From Rhabdothermincola salaria (GTDB taxonomy: Bacteria > Actinomycetota > Acidimicrobiia > Acidimicrobiales > Acidimicrobilacustridaceae), in contig NZ_JAJQXW010000004.1 of NCBI RefSeq assembly GCF_021246445.1, positions 1 to 64,000 of the forward strand: a DNA stretch of 64,000 nt. Direction: 5' to 3'. Position numbers and translations under genes: made by a program. Positions within the stretch are counted from its first letter, which is position 1; every line of letters starts with the position of its first letter. This document shows, piece after piece, positions 10,790 to 20,391 of this stretch. The notes beneath the pieces were generated by a model. The model made no database searches. It was not told the DNA's origin and saw only the letters and a program-made list of their open reading frames with translations.

Positions 10790-10954
10790 GTTCTATTGCA
10801 TGGGCGCTCACCCGCTCCGACCCGGCGCACCGGCCAAGGGCCCGATTCGTAACGACCGGCACCCTCTGGTGTGGGGTCCGACAGCTGCTCGAGCGGCATG
10901 CCGGCCGAGCCGTCGCGGTGGCACCGCCCTGGACCGGCCGGTCCCGCCGCCCCG

Positions 10955-11471
10955 CCCCGGCTCGGCGGTGTTCCGGCCCCATCGGACCGAGTTGTCCTGC
11001 CTCCGCTCATTGCACGAGCCCGACACGGCGCTGGGCGTCGGTTTCTTCGGTAGGTTCCGACGATGACGCCGAGCGAACTGGTGGCTGCCGCCCGAGAGTG
11101 TCGATCCAACGCCCACGTGCCCTATTCCAAGTTCCGAGCCGGAGCGGCGGTGCACACCGACTCCGACAGTGTCGTCCCCGGCACGATCGTCGAGAACGTC
11201 TCACTCGGGTTGGCCATGTGCGCCGAGCGTGTCGCCCTCTTCTCCACGGTTGCGCTCGGTGCCCGACCGCTTGCGCTGGCCCTCGTCGCACCACGCACCG
11301 GCGAGGACCTCACGTGGCCGTGCGGAGCCTGCCTCCAAGTGGCGCTCGAGCTCGGGGGTTCGACGATGCCGATCTACGTCAGTTCGGTTGCCAACGACGC
11401 CCCGATCAGCGAATCGACCGTCGGCGAGCTCCTCCCGAACGGGCCATTCGTCCGTCGCTGAATCGACGTGG
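10955..11471 (+). repeat. 517-bp direct repeat, copy 1 (upstream region plus cdd)
   Basis: Matches 18436-18952 at offset 7481; I count 3 substitutions. Confidence 0.95.
11063..11461 (+). CDS. cdd: Cytidine deaminase, copy 1
   Basis: AHVPYSKF, CAER, PCGACLQ zinc motifs. Confidence 0.9.
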   Translation: MTPSELVAAARECRSNAHVPYSKFRAGAAVHTDSDSVVPGTIVENVSLGLAMCAERVALFSTVALGARPLALALVAPRTGEDLTWPCGACLQVALELGGSTMPIYVSSVANDAPISESTVGELLPNGPFVRR

Positions 11472-11633
11472 AGTCCCGCCCTCCACGTCGCCGTCTGCCG
11501 GGCCCTCGTCGAGGTGGTGCACGCGCAGGGCCGACCGGTGCGCTCGGGTCCATCGTCGCGTGTGCCCGACTGCGGTGGGCCGACGAGATGCTGGCACAGC
11601 CGGGTCCCGATCCACCGGCGGATGGCGACGGGA

Positions 11634-13013
11634 TCAACCGGCTCGCAGAGGAAGGCGCACCGCGACGACCGTGTCGCCGGGGATCGAGGCGATCGAGATG
11701 GACCCGTGGTGGCCCTCCACGATCCGGTTGGAGATGTCGAGGCCCAGCCCGGTGCCCTTCCCGACGGGCTTGGTGGTGAAGAAGGGCTCGATCGCCCGGG
11801 CCTGGACGTCATCGGACATGCCGGGTCCGTCGTCGCCCACCTCGACCAGCAGGTCCTCGCCGTCGACCCGAACCGAGAGTCGGAGCGTGCCTCGGCCTTC
11901 CATGGCATCCACGGCGTTGTCCACGAGGTTGGTCCAGACCTGGTTCAGCTCGCCTGGGCGGGCTTCGATGCGAGGACGGTCGTCGGCGTACTCGCGCACG
12001 ATCCGGATGCCGTCGACGAGCTTGTGCGAGAGCACCGTCACGGTGCTCTCGAGGCCGTCGGCCACGTCGATGAGCTGGGTGGACGCCCGGTCGAGCTGCG
12101 AATAGGACCCGACCTCATCGACGAGAGCAGAAACGCGACCCGTCGACTCAGCGATGTCGTCGATCAGGCTGGCGGTGGCGAGCGTGCTCGCCACCCACTG
12201 GAGGCCCGGTCCCAGGGCGTCGTCGCCGAGCACCCCGCGCACGCGCTCGCACCACTCGACGTCCACGGCGGCGGCCGCGAACGCCGGGGCGATGGTCCAG
12301 GCGTCGTCGATCCCGCGCCGCTCCAGCCAGCCGAGCAACTCGTCCTCGCGATCGGCGAGTCCGATCGAATCGGTGATCGTGACCGCCGGACCGATCTCGC
12401 GTCGGAGCGCGTCGAGTTCGACGAGTCGTGCACTCGGAACGTGCTGGGCGAGCTCGAAGAGCGACGAGTTGATGCCGTCGCAGGCGTGCTGGAGGGACCT
12501 CGCGGCGCGAGCGGAGGCGGCCGCCGGGTTGTTGATCTCGTGTGCGAGCCCGGCGGCGAGGGTGCCGAGCGCGATGAGGCCGGCGCGCTGGCGAGCCATG
12601 GCGTCCATCTTCCGCACGGTCTGGAAGAAGCCGTCGATCAGGTGCCCGGCGAAGGGGAACCATCGGCAGACCGCCCCACCCAGCGACGGCGCGTCGACCC
12701 GCAGCACCCGACCGGCCTCACCGCCCCGGCCCGTCGAGATGTAGCCCGCGGCATCGGTCCACGCCCGGAAACCCCCGGCCCACAAGCCCGGCCGGTCGAG
12801 CGCACCCACCACCGACTCGTCGCGACCGGTGCGACGGTAGAGGTCGATGCGGCCGTCGAGCACCACCCACCAGTGGTCGGCCGGCTCGCCCTCGACGAAC
12901 AGCTCCTCGCCCTGGGTGTAGCCCACCACCGTGCTGAACGACGACAGCTCGGCCAGCCGGGCGTCGCCGAGACCCTCGAACAGGAAGAGGTCGCGGATCT
13001 CGTCGAGGGTCAT
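11634..13013 (-). CDS. Cyclic-nucleotide-binding sensor histidine kinase
   Basis: N-terminal cNMP domain; AHEINNP H-box; NLVDNA, DDGPG, FFTTK, GTGLGL. Confidence 0.93.
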   Translation of the reverse strand: MTLDEIRDLFLFEGLGDARLAELSSFSTVVGYTQGEELFVEGEPADHWWVVLDGRIDLYRRTGRDESVVGALDRPGLWAGGFRAWTDAAGYISTGRGGEAGRVLRVDAPSLGGAVCRWFPFAGHLIDGFFQTVRKMDAMARQRAGLIALGTLAAGLAHEINNPAAASARAARSLQHACDGINSSLFELAQHVPSARLVELDALRREIGPAVTITDSIGLADREDELLGWLERRGIDDAWTIAPAFAAAAVDVEWCERVRGVLGDDALGPGLQWVASTLATASLIDDIAESTGRVSALVDEVGSYSQLDRASTQLIDVADGLESTVTVLSHKLVDGIRIVREYADDRPRIEARPGELNQVWTNLVDNAVDAMEGRGTLRLSVRVDGEDLLVEVGDDGPGMSDDVQARAIEPFFTTKPVGKGTGLGLDISNRIVEGHHGSISIASIPGDTVVAVRLPLRAG

Positions 13014-13026
13014 GCGCTCGGCTCTC

Positions 13027-14682
13027 TCACATCGTGTCCAGGTAGCGGTGGACGAGATGGACCGCCATGGCCCCTTCGCCGACTGCGGACGCGACCCGCT
13101 TCATCGAGTCGAGCCGTACATCACCGGCTGCGAACACCCCCGGGACACTCGTCTCCAGGGTCAGCGGAGCTCGTTCGAGCGGCCATCTCAGGCCGTCGAC
13201 CCTGTCGAGATCGGGGCCGGTGAGGACGAAGCCCTTCGCGTCGCGCATGACCTCCTCGCCGAGCCAGTCGGTGCGCGGCAACGCGCCGATGAAGATGTAC
13301 AAGCCCTCGGCGGGCACCTCCTCCTCGGTGCCTGCTCGGCGGTCGGAGAGGGTGATCGCCTCGAGGTGCCCGTCGCCGCGACCGCCGATGACCTGGGTCT
13401 CGAACCGAACCTCGACGTTCGCGGCGGCCTCGATGCGGTCGGCGAGGTACTTCGACATGGAGGTCTCGAGTGAGTCCGAGCGCACCAGCATCACCACCCG
13501 ACGGGCGAACCGGGCGAAGTTGAGCACCGCCTGGCCCGCCGAGTTGGCGGCGCCCACGACGTACACGTCATCGCCCTCGCAGCTCCTGGCGTCACCCGCG
13601 GTGGCGCCGTAGTACACGCCCCGCCCGACGAAGTCGTTCACCCCGGGGGCATCGATGATGCGGTACGACACGCCGCTCGCCACGAGGACGGCGCGGGCCT
13701 CGATGCTGGAACCATCGGCGAAGCACACCCCGTGCACCGGTCCTCGGACCTCGAAGGTCGTCACGTCGCGCGCCACGATCATCTCCGCCCCGAACCGTCG
13801 CGCCTGGGCCACGGCGCGGTTGGCGAGCTCCTGGCCCGTCAACCCACGAGGGAACCCCAGGTAGTTCTCGATGGCGGCGCTCTGCCCGGCCTGGCCACCT
13901 GGCGCCTCGCGCTCGACGATGACGGTCCGGAGTCCCTCGGACGCGCCGTAGACCGCCGCGGCGAGTCCGGCAGGACCCGCACCCACGATGCACAGGTCGT
14001 ACAACGGCTGCTCGGCGGCGGTTCGCAGACCCAGTGCGTTCGCCAGCTCCAGGATCGAGGGGGACCGGAGCGTGTCGCCGTCGGGAACGAGCACGAGGGG
14101 AAGCTGGTCCGGCCCAACCTCGGCGAGGTCGACCAGCCGGCGCGCCTCGTCGTCGCGCTCGACATCGAGCCACCGGTAGGGGACGTGGTTGCGAGAGAGG
14201 AACGTCTTCACCTCGTGTCCGCCCTCGGACCACCGATGACCGACCACCCGCAACTCTCCGGACGTGTCGGGATGCGCAGCCTGCCAGTCGGCCAGCAACT
14301 CGTCGGCGACCGGGTAGAGACGCTCCTCGGGCGGGTCCCAGGGCTTCATCAGGTAGTGGTCGAGGCCGATCTCGTTGATGGCACGGATCGCCGCTTCGGT
14401 GTCGGCATAGGCGGTCAGCAACACCAGCTTCGCCTCGGGTGCAAGCTCCTGGGCCCGCTCGAGGAACTCCACCCCCGTCATCTCGGGCATCCGCTGGTCC
14501 GACGCGATCAGGGCCACCTGGCGGTCACGCAACCGGTACTCGGCCAGCAGCTCGAGGGCATCGGCGCCCGACAGCGTCCGAACGATCTGGAACTCTGCGC
14601 CGTACTTCCGACGCAGATCTCTCGCGATGGCCTGCGAGACCCCCGGATCGTCGTCCACCGTCAAGATCGCCGGCTTCGCCAC
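13027..14682 (-). CDS. Response-regulator/thioredoxin reductase fusion
   Basis: Receiver (VDDD, SDQRMP, KPWD) followed by GAGPAG, IENYLGFP, GAANSAGQ, FAAGDVR. Confidence 0.93.
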   Translation of the reverse strand: MAKPAILTVDDDPGVSQAIARDLRRKYGAEFQIVRTLSGADALELLAEYRLRDRQVALIASDQRMPEMTGVEFLERAQELAPEAKLVLLTAYADTEAAIRAINEIGLDHYLMKPWDPPEERLYPVADELLADWQAAHPDTSGELRVVGHRWSEGGHEVKTFLSRNHVPYRWLDVERDDEARRLVDLAEVGPDQLPLVLVPDGDTLRSPSILELANALGLRTAAEQPLYDLCIVGAGPAGLAAAVYGASEGLRTVIVEREAPGGQAGQSAAIENYLGFPRGLTGQELANRAVAQARRFGAEMIVARDVTTFEVRGPVHGVCFADGSSIEARAVLVASGVSYRIIDAPGVNDFVGRGVYYGATAGDARSCEGDDVYVVGAANSAGQAVLNFARFARRVVMLVRSDSLETSMSKYLADRIEAAANVEVRFETQVIGGRGDGHLEAITLSDRRAGTEEEVPAEGLYIFIGALPRTDWLGEEVMRDAKGFVLTGPDLDRVDGLRWPLERAPLTLETSVPGVFAAGDVRLDSMKRVASAVGEGAMAVHLVHRYLDTM

Positions 14683-14800
14683 CTCTCCCCCCCGGGGTCA
14701 CGACAGCACTGCCGACCCTACAGCGCGGCCCGACGACGAGGAGCCCAGATGGGCTCCTCGTCGTCGCGTCCGAGCTCGCCCGACCGGCGGTGCGGAGCGG

Positions 14801-15652
14801 CTACCCGGTGAACGCGGGGACTGCCTCCACCGGCATCGCCCGCACCTCAGGAGCGGCGATCGGGGCAGGAGCCAGGACCGTGTCGAAGGCCACCGACGGC
14901 GAGTAACCCGTCCTGGCGGTGTCGTTGATGTAGGGGCACTCGGCCCAGAACCAGTAGCGGAGTTCGGTCGGTGCCCGATCGAGCCAGGCCTGGAGGGTTC
15001 GGGTCGATGACACCGGCCCGGCCGGGGCCTCGACGGCGGTCCGGTGCACGACGCGGCCGATGTCGCGCCGGTCGCTCGACGTGGACACCACCACGGACGC
15101 CTGACGAGCGGAGTCGCACGGCACCGCACCCGACGGGAACGGCGGCTCGACGGTGACCCGAACCTCGGAGACCGCGCCGCCCGAGGCCGGGTGGAGGTCC
15201 AGCTTCAGGGCCACCGGGATCTGCGACTCCGTCACCGTGAACGGCACTGCGTCGGTGTAGCGGCCCCCCTCCGGGCCCGTGCAGAAGCCCTGGAACCAGT
15301 AGGTGCCGGCCTCGTAGGCCGTGTTGAAGAACCACTCGTCCACCGACTGGGTCATCGACGGCTCACTCGTCGCTACGAGGGCGCTGCTGACGATCCCGGT
15401 ACCGGGCGCCGGGTCCGACTGGAAGTTGATGCCGACCGGGTCGTCGAAGTCGACCTCGCACCCCGACACCCATCCGTCGTCCAGGGTGGCGCTCACCGGC
15501 TCCGCGCCGCTACCTCCGCTCGGGTCGACCGTGAGAGGCACCGCAGCCGGCATCGAGTGATCACCGGGGAGCCGAGCGGCGTCTGACGGTGCAGCGGGGA
15601 GGGCCACCAAGACGGTCGCGCTCGCCAGTACGGGCAACAGCTTCAGGACCAT
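14801..15652 (-). CDS. Secreted protein with C-terminal PAFTG
   Basis: Signal peptide MVLKLLPVLA..SDA, two Cys-containing repeats, ends VEAVPAFTG. Confidence 0.75.
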   Translation of the reverse strand: MVLKLLPVLASATVLVALPAAPSDAARLPGDHSMPAAVPLTVDPSGGSGAEPVSATLDDGWVSGCEVDFDDPVGINFQSDPAPGTGIVSSALVATSEPSMTQSVDEWFFNTAYEAGTYWFQGFCTGPEGGRYTDAVPFTVTESQIPVALKLDLHPASGGAVSEVRVTVEPPFPSGAVPCDSARQASVVVSTSSDRRDIGRVVHRTAVEAPAGPVSSTRTLQAWLDRAPTELRYWFWAECPYINDTARTGYSPSVAFDTVLAPAPIAAPEVRAMPVEAVPAFTG

Positions 15653-15960
15653 GCGTCGCTCCCCCACAGGTAGACACTCAGCCACTTGTCTACTTGTGAT
15701 GGGGCAACCCCCGCACGATGCGCTGGGGGACCTGCGCCTGTCCGGCACTGGCGGCGGGCTGTGGCACCTGGTCCCGGCCGGGCACACCCAGATGGCGGGA
15801 GGCGTCGGCTCCTGAGCCCGTCGCGCAACGGCTCTGGATCCTGTTCTCCGCCGACTGCGACCGATGCCGCCGCCGGGTCCGCTGCGACCCGACTGGCCGG
15901 CCACGACGGCACGACGCGCCCCGGCGCCGGAGCCCGTCGGACCGGCATGTCAGTGGCCCC

Positions 15961-16416
15961 TCAGCGGTAGGCGCCGCCCCAGGCGGGTCCGCCGGCGACG
16001 TATTCCACGACCTCGATGCCCTGGCCGTCGGGGTCGACGATGAAGAACATGCGGGTGCCGTGCAGGTCCACCGGTGCGGTCACGCAGGTCACTCCGAGGT
16101 CGCGCATGGCGGTGTGCGCCTCGTCGGCGTCGGATACCTCGAGGGAGAGGACGCGTAGACCGAGGCCGTTCCCGGGAAGGACGGCAGGCGTGTAGTTGAA
16201 CGACATCAACTCGACGCGCAGGTCACCGATGCGTCCGCCGCTCGCTCGCCCTTCAGCGCCGGGCGTGCCGGTGATGGTCTCGAAGTCCTCGCCGGCGAGG
16301 TGCTCGTCGAAGAGCTCCTCCCAGCCCAGCACGTCGCGGTACCAGTCCTTCGACCGGTCCATGTCGGAGACGTTGATCGACACGTGCGACACGCCCTTCA
16401 GACCCGGTATCGCCAC
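15961..16416 (-). CDS. VOC/glyoxalase family protein
   Basis: HVSINVSDMDRSKDWY..LG and FIVDPDGQGIE. Confidence 0.9.
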   Translation of the reverse strand: MAIPGLKGVSHVSINVSDMDRSKDWYRDVLGWEELFDEHLAGEDFETITGTPGAEGRASGGRIGDLRVELMSFNYTPAVLPGNGLGLRVLSLEVSDADEAHTAMRDLGVTCVTAPVDLHGTRMFFIVDPDGQGIEVVEYVAGGPAWGGAYR

Positions 16417-16661
16417 GATGCCCTCCCCGACGCCCGACCCCGGGCCCCGCATGCTCGGATGCTAGGCCGGTCCCTGGCGCGAGCCAATGCAGTGCGCGCC
16501 TCGTCGGGGCCGAGGGCGGGTTCGTCGAAGGTGACAGGCGCGTGGAAGCAGCCTGCGGTCAGCGCCGGGTGAGATGGCCGGCCGTCCAGCCGGCGTCGCA
16601 TCGGGCACCTCGGGGTCTCATGGGAGCCCTGGACGACCCGGGGCCAGAGGCCCACAGGCAA

Positions 16662-17639
16662 TCAGCCAGTGAACGCAGGCCGAGCCGCCGTCGCCTGCGC
16701 CACGGGCGCAACCGGCGCGGTGGGCGTGGTGGACACAGCGGCGTCGCAGCCCGGATCGACGGTGTAGGAGATCTCGACCATGCCGTCGCCGGAGCTCACA
16801 CCGGTCTCGAACACGACACCGGGGGGACCGAAGCCAGACCCTCCACCACCTCCACCACCACCGTCGGTGGGCGGGTCGGCGTTGTCGTCCTCGCCGGCAC
16901 CGCCGCCGCCGCCGTAGTAGCCACCGCCGCCACCACCGCCGGCGTCGTCAGGGCTGACCTCGACGGAGGGGTTGCCCTCCCCGCCTTGACCGCCCTGGCC
17001 GAACGTGCCCGGAGTGGCCGTCGGGTCGGTCAGTGTGGGTGCAGTGCCACCTGCGGTCTGGGTGCCGCCGCCTCCGGGAAGACTCGGATCCTCGGAGTCG
17101 CTGGGTGCTCCATCTCCGCCGACGCTGCCACCGCCTGCGCCACCACCGCCGAAGCCTGTTGCGCTGTCGCCACCGCCACCACCACCGCCGCCCGCAACCA
17201 CGAGGCGCTCGGACAGCCCGTGTGGCGCTCGGCGCACGTCGGAGGCACCGCCACCGCCACCGCCGTCCTCCTCGTCGGCCACGCCGCCGGACCCCCCACC
17301 GTTGAAGCCCCCGGTCGACCCGACGCCTCCACCGCCCACCACGACGTGGAGGACCTCACCAGGAGTGACGGAGATCGTTGCAGTTGCACGGCCACCGAGC
17401 CCACCAGGGGGTGGCGTGCCGTCCGGGTTCTCTCCGGCTGCGCCTTCGGCCCCAAGGGCATCGACCGTCACCGCACAGACGTCGGCCGGCACTGTGAACG
17501 GCGTCGCAGACCCCGTGTAGTCGAACTCCACGACCGTCTCGGCGCTCTGGGCGCCGGCTGCCGCCGAGAACCCGACACAAGCCAAGGCGAGACCGCCCAC
17601 GGACAGCGCTGCTCGTCCTGCCGTTCGTGCACCATGCAT
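16662..17639 (-). CDS. Secreted glycine-rich protein with C-terminal PAFTG
   Basis: Signal peptide; FTVPADV, GGGGGASDVR, VVAGGGGG, GGGGYYGGG; ends ARPAFTG. Confidence 0.85.
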   Translation of the reverse strand: MHGARTAGRAALSVGGLALACVGFSAAAGAQSAETVVEFDYTGSATPFTVPADVCAVTVDALGAEGAAGENPDGTPPPGGLGGRATATISVTPGEVLHVVVGGGGVGSTGGFNGGGSGGVADEEDGGGGGGASDVRRAPHGLSERLVVAGGGGGGGGDSATGFGGGGAGGGSVGGDGAPSDSEDPSLPGGGGTQTAGGTAPTLTDPTATPGTFGQGGQGGEGNPSVEVSPDDAGGGGGGGYYGGGGGAGEDDNADPPTDGGGGGGGGSGFGPPGVVFETGVSSGDGMVEISYTVDPGCDAAVSTTPTAPVAPVAQATAARPAFTG

Positions 17640-17744
17640 CGTCGACCTCCACGCTCGAATCGCCAAACGATAGCCAACGAAGGTTGTTCGTTCACGGAGA
17701 TCGACCCGGGGCCGTTTCGCGACCGACTGGCCTTCGCTACGGCC

Positions 17745-17886
17745 CCTCTGCCTGCGACGAGCCCACCGCCTCGGCGCCGCCCGCCAGCACCTCGACCTGC
17801 TCGGCTACTCCCTCGTCGTGAACGCCGTCGCCGTCCGCCGCCATACCCGGCGACGAGCCCCCGACACCCGAGCGGCCTGAACCGCT
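17745..17886 (+). mobile_element. Transposase 3' remnant A
   Basis: Encodes LRRAHRLGAARQHLDLLGYSLVVNAVA..RRAPDTRAA*; homologous to 22063-22270 (inverted). Confidence 0.6.
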
Positions 17887-18004
17887 TTCTGTTCGGGGGA
17901 GCCGCTCAGACCGCGCTGGCGCAGTCGGATAGCGTCCGGCTCGTTCGACGTACCGAGAGGCCGGTGATGAGGCTTCGCCGTCGACCGAAAGGGACACAAC
18001 GCCC

Positions 18005-18397
18005 ATGAACCTGATCGGCAAGATCGCCCAGACCGCCGCCGCTCTTTGGATCTTGAACGTCTGGTTCAACCGGTTCAACAAGGACACCGGCTACCGGGGC
18101 GGCAACGCGACGAACATGAAGGAGGAGTTCGAGGAGTACGGGCTCTCCGAGCCAACGATGTATGCGGTGGGCGCGGCAAAGGTGAGCCTGGCGGGCCTGA
18201 TGCTCGTGGGACACGGCGTCCCGCGAGTCACCCGACCGGCCTCGATCGGTCTTGCGATGTTCATGCTCGGCGCCATTGGGATGCACATCAAGGTCGGAGA
18301 CCCGGTGAAGCGATACCTGCCCGCGCTCTCGGTCTTCTCGCTGGCCACGATCTCAGCGGTACTCAACGGCAACGACCGCCGCCCGGCGCATCACTGA
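18005..18397 (+). CDS. DoxX-like membrane protein
   Basis: MKEEFEEYGL, MLGAIGMHIKVGDP; four hydrophobic segments. Confidence 0.85.
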   Translation: MNLIGKIAQTAAALWILNVWFNRFNKDTGYRGGNATNMKEEFEEYGLSEPTMYAVGAAKVSLAGLMLVGHGVPRVTRPASIGLAMFMLGAIGMHIKVGDPVKRYLPALSVFSLATISAVLNGNDRRPAHH

Positions 18398-18435
18398 CAC
18401 ATCACTGGGGCCGGTCCCGCCGACCCACCGCCACT

Positions 18436-18952
18436 CCCCGGCTCGGCGGTGTTCCGGCCCCATCGGACCGAGTTGTCCTGCCTCCGCTCATTGCACGAGC
18501 CCGACACGGCGCTGGGCGTTGGTTTCTTCGGTAGGTTCCGACGATGACGCCGAGCGAACTGGTGGCTGCTGCCCGAGAGTGTCGATCCAACGCCCACGTG
18601 CCCTATTCCAAGTTCCGAGCCGGAGCGGCGGTGCACACCGACTCCGACAGTGTCGTCCCCGGCACGATCGTCGAGAACGTCTCACTCGGGTTGGCCATGT
18701 GCGCCGAGCGTGTCGCCCTCTTCTCCACGGTTGCGCTCGGTGCCCGACCGCTTGCGCTGGCCCTCGTCGCACCACGCACCGGCGAGGACCTCACCTGGCC
18801 GTGCGGAGCCTGCCTCCAAGTGGCGCTCGAGCTCGGGGGTTCGACGATGCCGATCTACGTCAGTTCGGTTGCCAACGACGCCCCGATCAGCGAATCGACC
18901 GTCGGCGAGCTCCTCCCGAACGGGCCATTCGTCCGTCGCTGAATCGACGTGG
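18436..18952 (+). repeat. 517-bp direct repeat, copy 2
   Basis: Near-identical to 10955-11471. Confidence 0.95.
18544..18942 (+). CDS. cdd: Cytidine deaminase, copy 2 (identical protein)
   Basis: Translation identical to 11063-11461. Confidence 0.9.
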   Translation: MTPSELVAAARECRSNAHVPYSKFRAGAAVHTDSDSVVPGTIVENVSLGLAMCAERVALFSTVALGARPLALALVAPRTGEDLTWPCGACLQVALELGGSTMPIYVSSVANDAPISESTVGELLPNGPFVRR

Positions 18953-19083
18953 GGGGACTCGACGAGGCCAGCGCAAGACGAAGAGCGTTGTTCTCCGGGG
19001 GTGCGCGACCGCTGTCCAGGCGCTGCGAGGGCGAGTGTTCGGTCCGAGCATCTCCGTGGGCGACCGCGGCGCGGTCCGACTCC

Positions 19084-20391
19084 TCATCGGGTCTCGAAGC
19101 GCTTCTGGAAGGCCTGTTCGACGTTGTGGATGTCGACGGGGAGGCTGTCCGCGGCGGCGCATCCTGCGACGACGAGCTCGGCTTGGTGGCGAAGCGACTC
19201 GGCCCGGTCCGTCTTGCTGTCGTCGATGGCCTCGGTGAGCAGCTCGAGGGCCTCGAGAAGGTAGATGCACACTTCGGGCATGCTTGCGGCGGTCTGGCGG
19301 ACCTCGTCGAAGGCGAGGCGGATCAGGTCGTCGTGGGTTGGCTGATGGACCAACACCACTCGAGTGCCGTCGCCGTTCGACCTGACGGACGATGGTGGTT
19401 CTCGCCGGAGCAGCTCGGCGAGTACTGCGGCGGAGTGGAAGATCGCGTCCTGGGCAGTGGTGGGGTCGTTGATGCTGGGCGAAAGGGCCTTGAGTGCGAT
19501 ATCGGCGAGTTGGCGCAACCCGAACGAGACGTCCTGTTGCATGGTGCGCGTGTCGCCAATCCTGATCGCAGCAAGGACCTCGCGCTCGAAGGCATCGGCA
19601 TCGTCGGGCACGCTCGAGAGGTCACCGATGGGTGTTCCCTCGATGGCGTAGCGGCCCGGGTACGTCTCGACCCACATCGTCTGTCCGGTCGGGATGGAAC
19701 CGATGGCCTTGTCGAGATCGATCTGTTGCACCCAGCCGCTGCGGTCGAAGCGAACGACGTGGACGGGGTCGGACGGGCGCGGCGGCGGGGGCGTCGGGGT
19801 GGTTGCGGTGTCGGGCGTCTGCCACTCGCGGCGGATCTGCGTGATGGCTTGGTCCTCGACGTCCTCGAGGATCGTGCTGATGTCCATCGAGTGGGCGCTG
19901 TGGTCGATGAAGGCGACGATCGCCAGAATCGTGATGATGCCGAACGTGACCCCGATGGCGACCGAGAGGTTGGGGATGACCGGATCGCCCCCTTGTTCGA
20001 GCGAGGACCGGACCGAGCGCAGAATGAGGAGACAGTAGGTGAAGGTGCCCACCACGAGACCCATGACCCGCTTGTTGAACGGGTCACGGAACAGGGTGCG
20101 CACGACCCGGGGCGAGTACTGGCTCGACGCCTGTTGGATGATCAGCAACGAGACCGAGAAAGCAATGGCGGCGAAGGTGATGGTGGCGCCGGCCACGGTC
20201 CCGAGCAGGGCCCGGGCACTGTCCACCGTCGAGGTGAACCCGAGGGGGAGATCTGAGCCGTCCTGGTCGATCCGGCTGTCGAACGCGATCGCCATCGACG
20301 CGACGATCACCGCCACGACCACACCGAGCATGGGGATGAAGAAGAGGCTGGCCCTGATTCGCTCGACAAAGGCGCTCGTCCGCAACGTCAC
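19084..20391 (-). CDS. DUF2254 family membrane protein
   Basis: ASSQYSPR, RTMQQDVSFG, KALSPSINDPTTA. Confidence 0.88.
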   Translation of the reverse strand: MTLRTSAFVERIRASLFFIPMLGVVVAVIVASMAIAFDSRIDQDGSDLPLGFTSTVDSARALLGTVAGATITFAAIAFSVSLLIIQQASSQYSPRVVRTLFRDPFNKRVMGLVVGTFTYCLLILRSVRSSLEQGGDPVIPNLSVAIGVTFGIITILAIVAFIDHSAHSMDISTILEDVEDQAITQIRREWQTPDTATTPTPPPPRPSDPVHVVRFDRSGWVQQIDLDKAIGSIPTGQTMWVETYPGRYAIEGTPIGDLSSVPDDADAFEREVLAAIRIGDTRTMQQDVSFGLRQLADIALKALSPSINDPTTAQDAIFHSAAVLAELLRREPPSSVRSNGDGTRVVLVHQPTHDDLIRLAFDEVRQTAASMPEVCIYLLEALELLTEAIDDSKTDRAESLRHQAELVVAGCAAADSLPVDIHNVEQAFQKRFETR

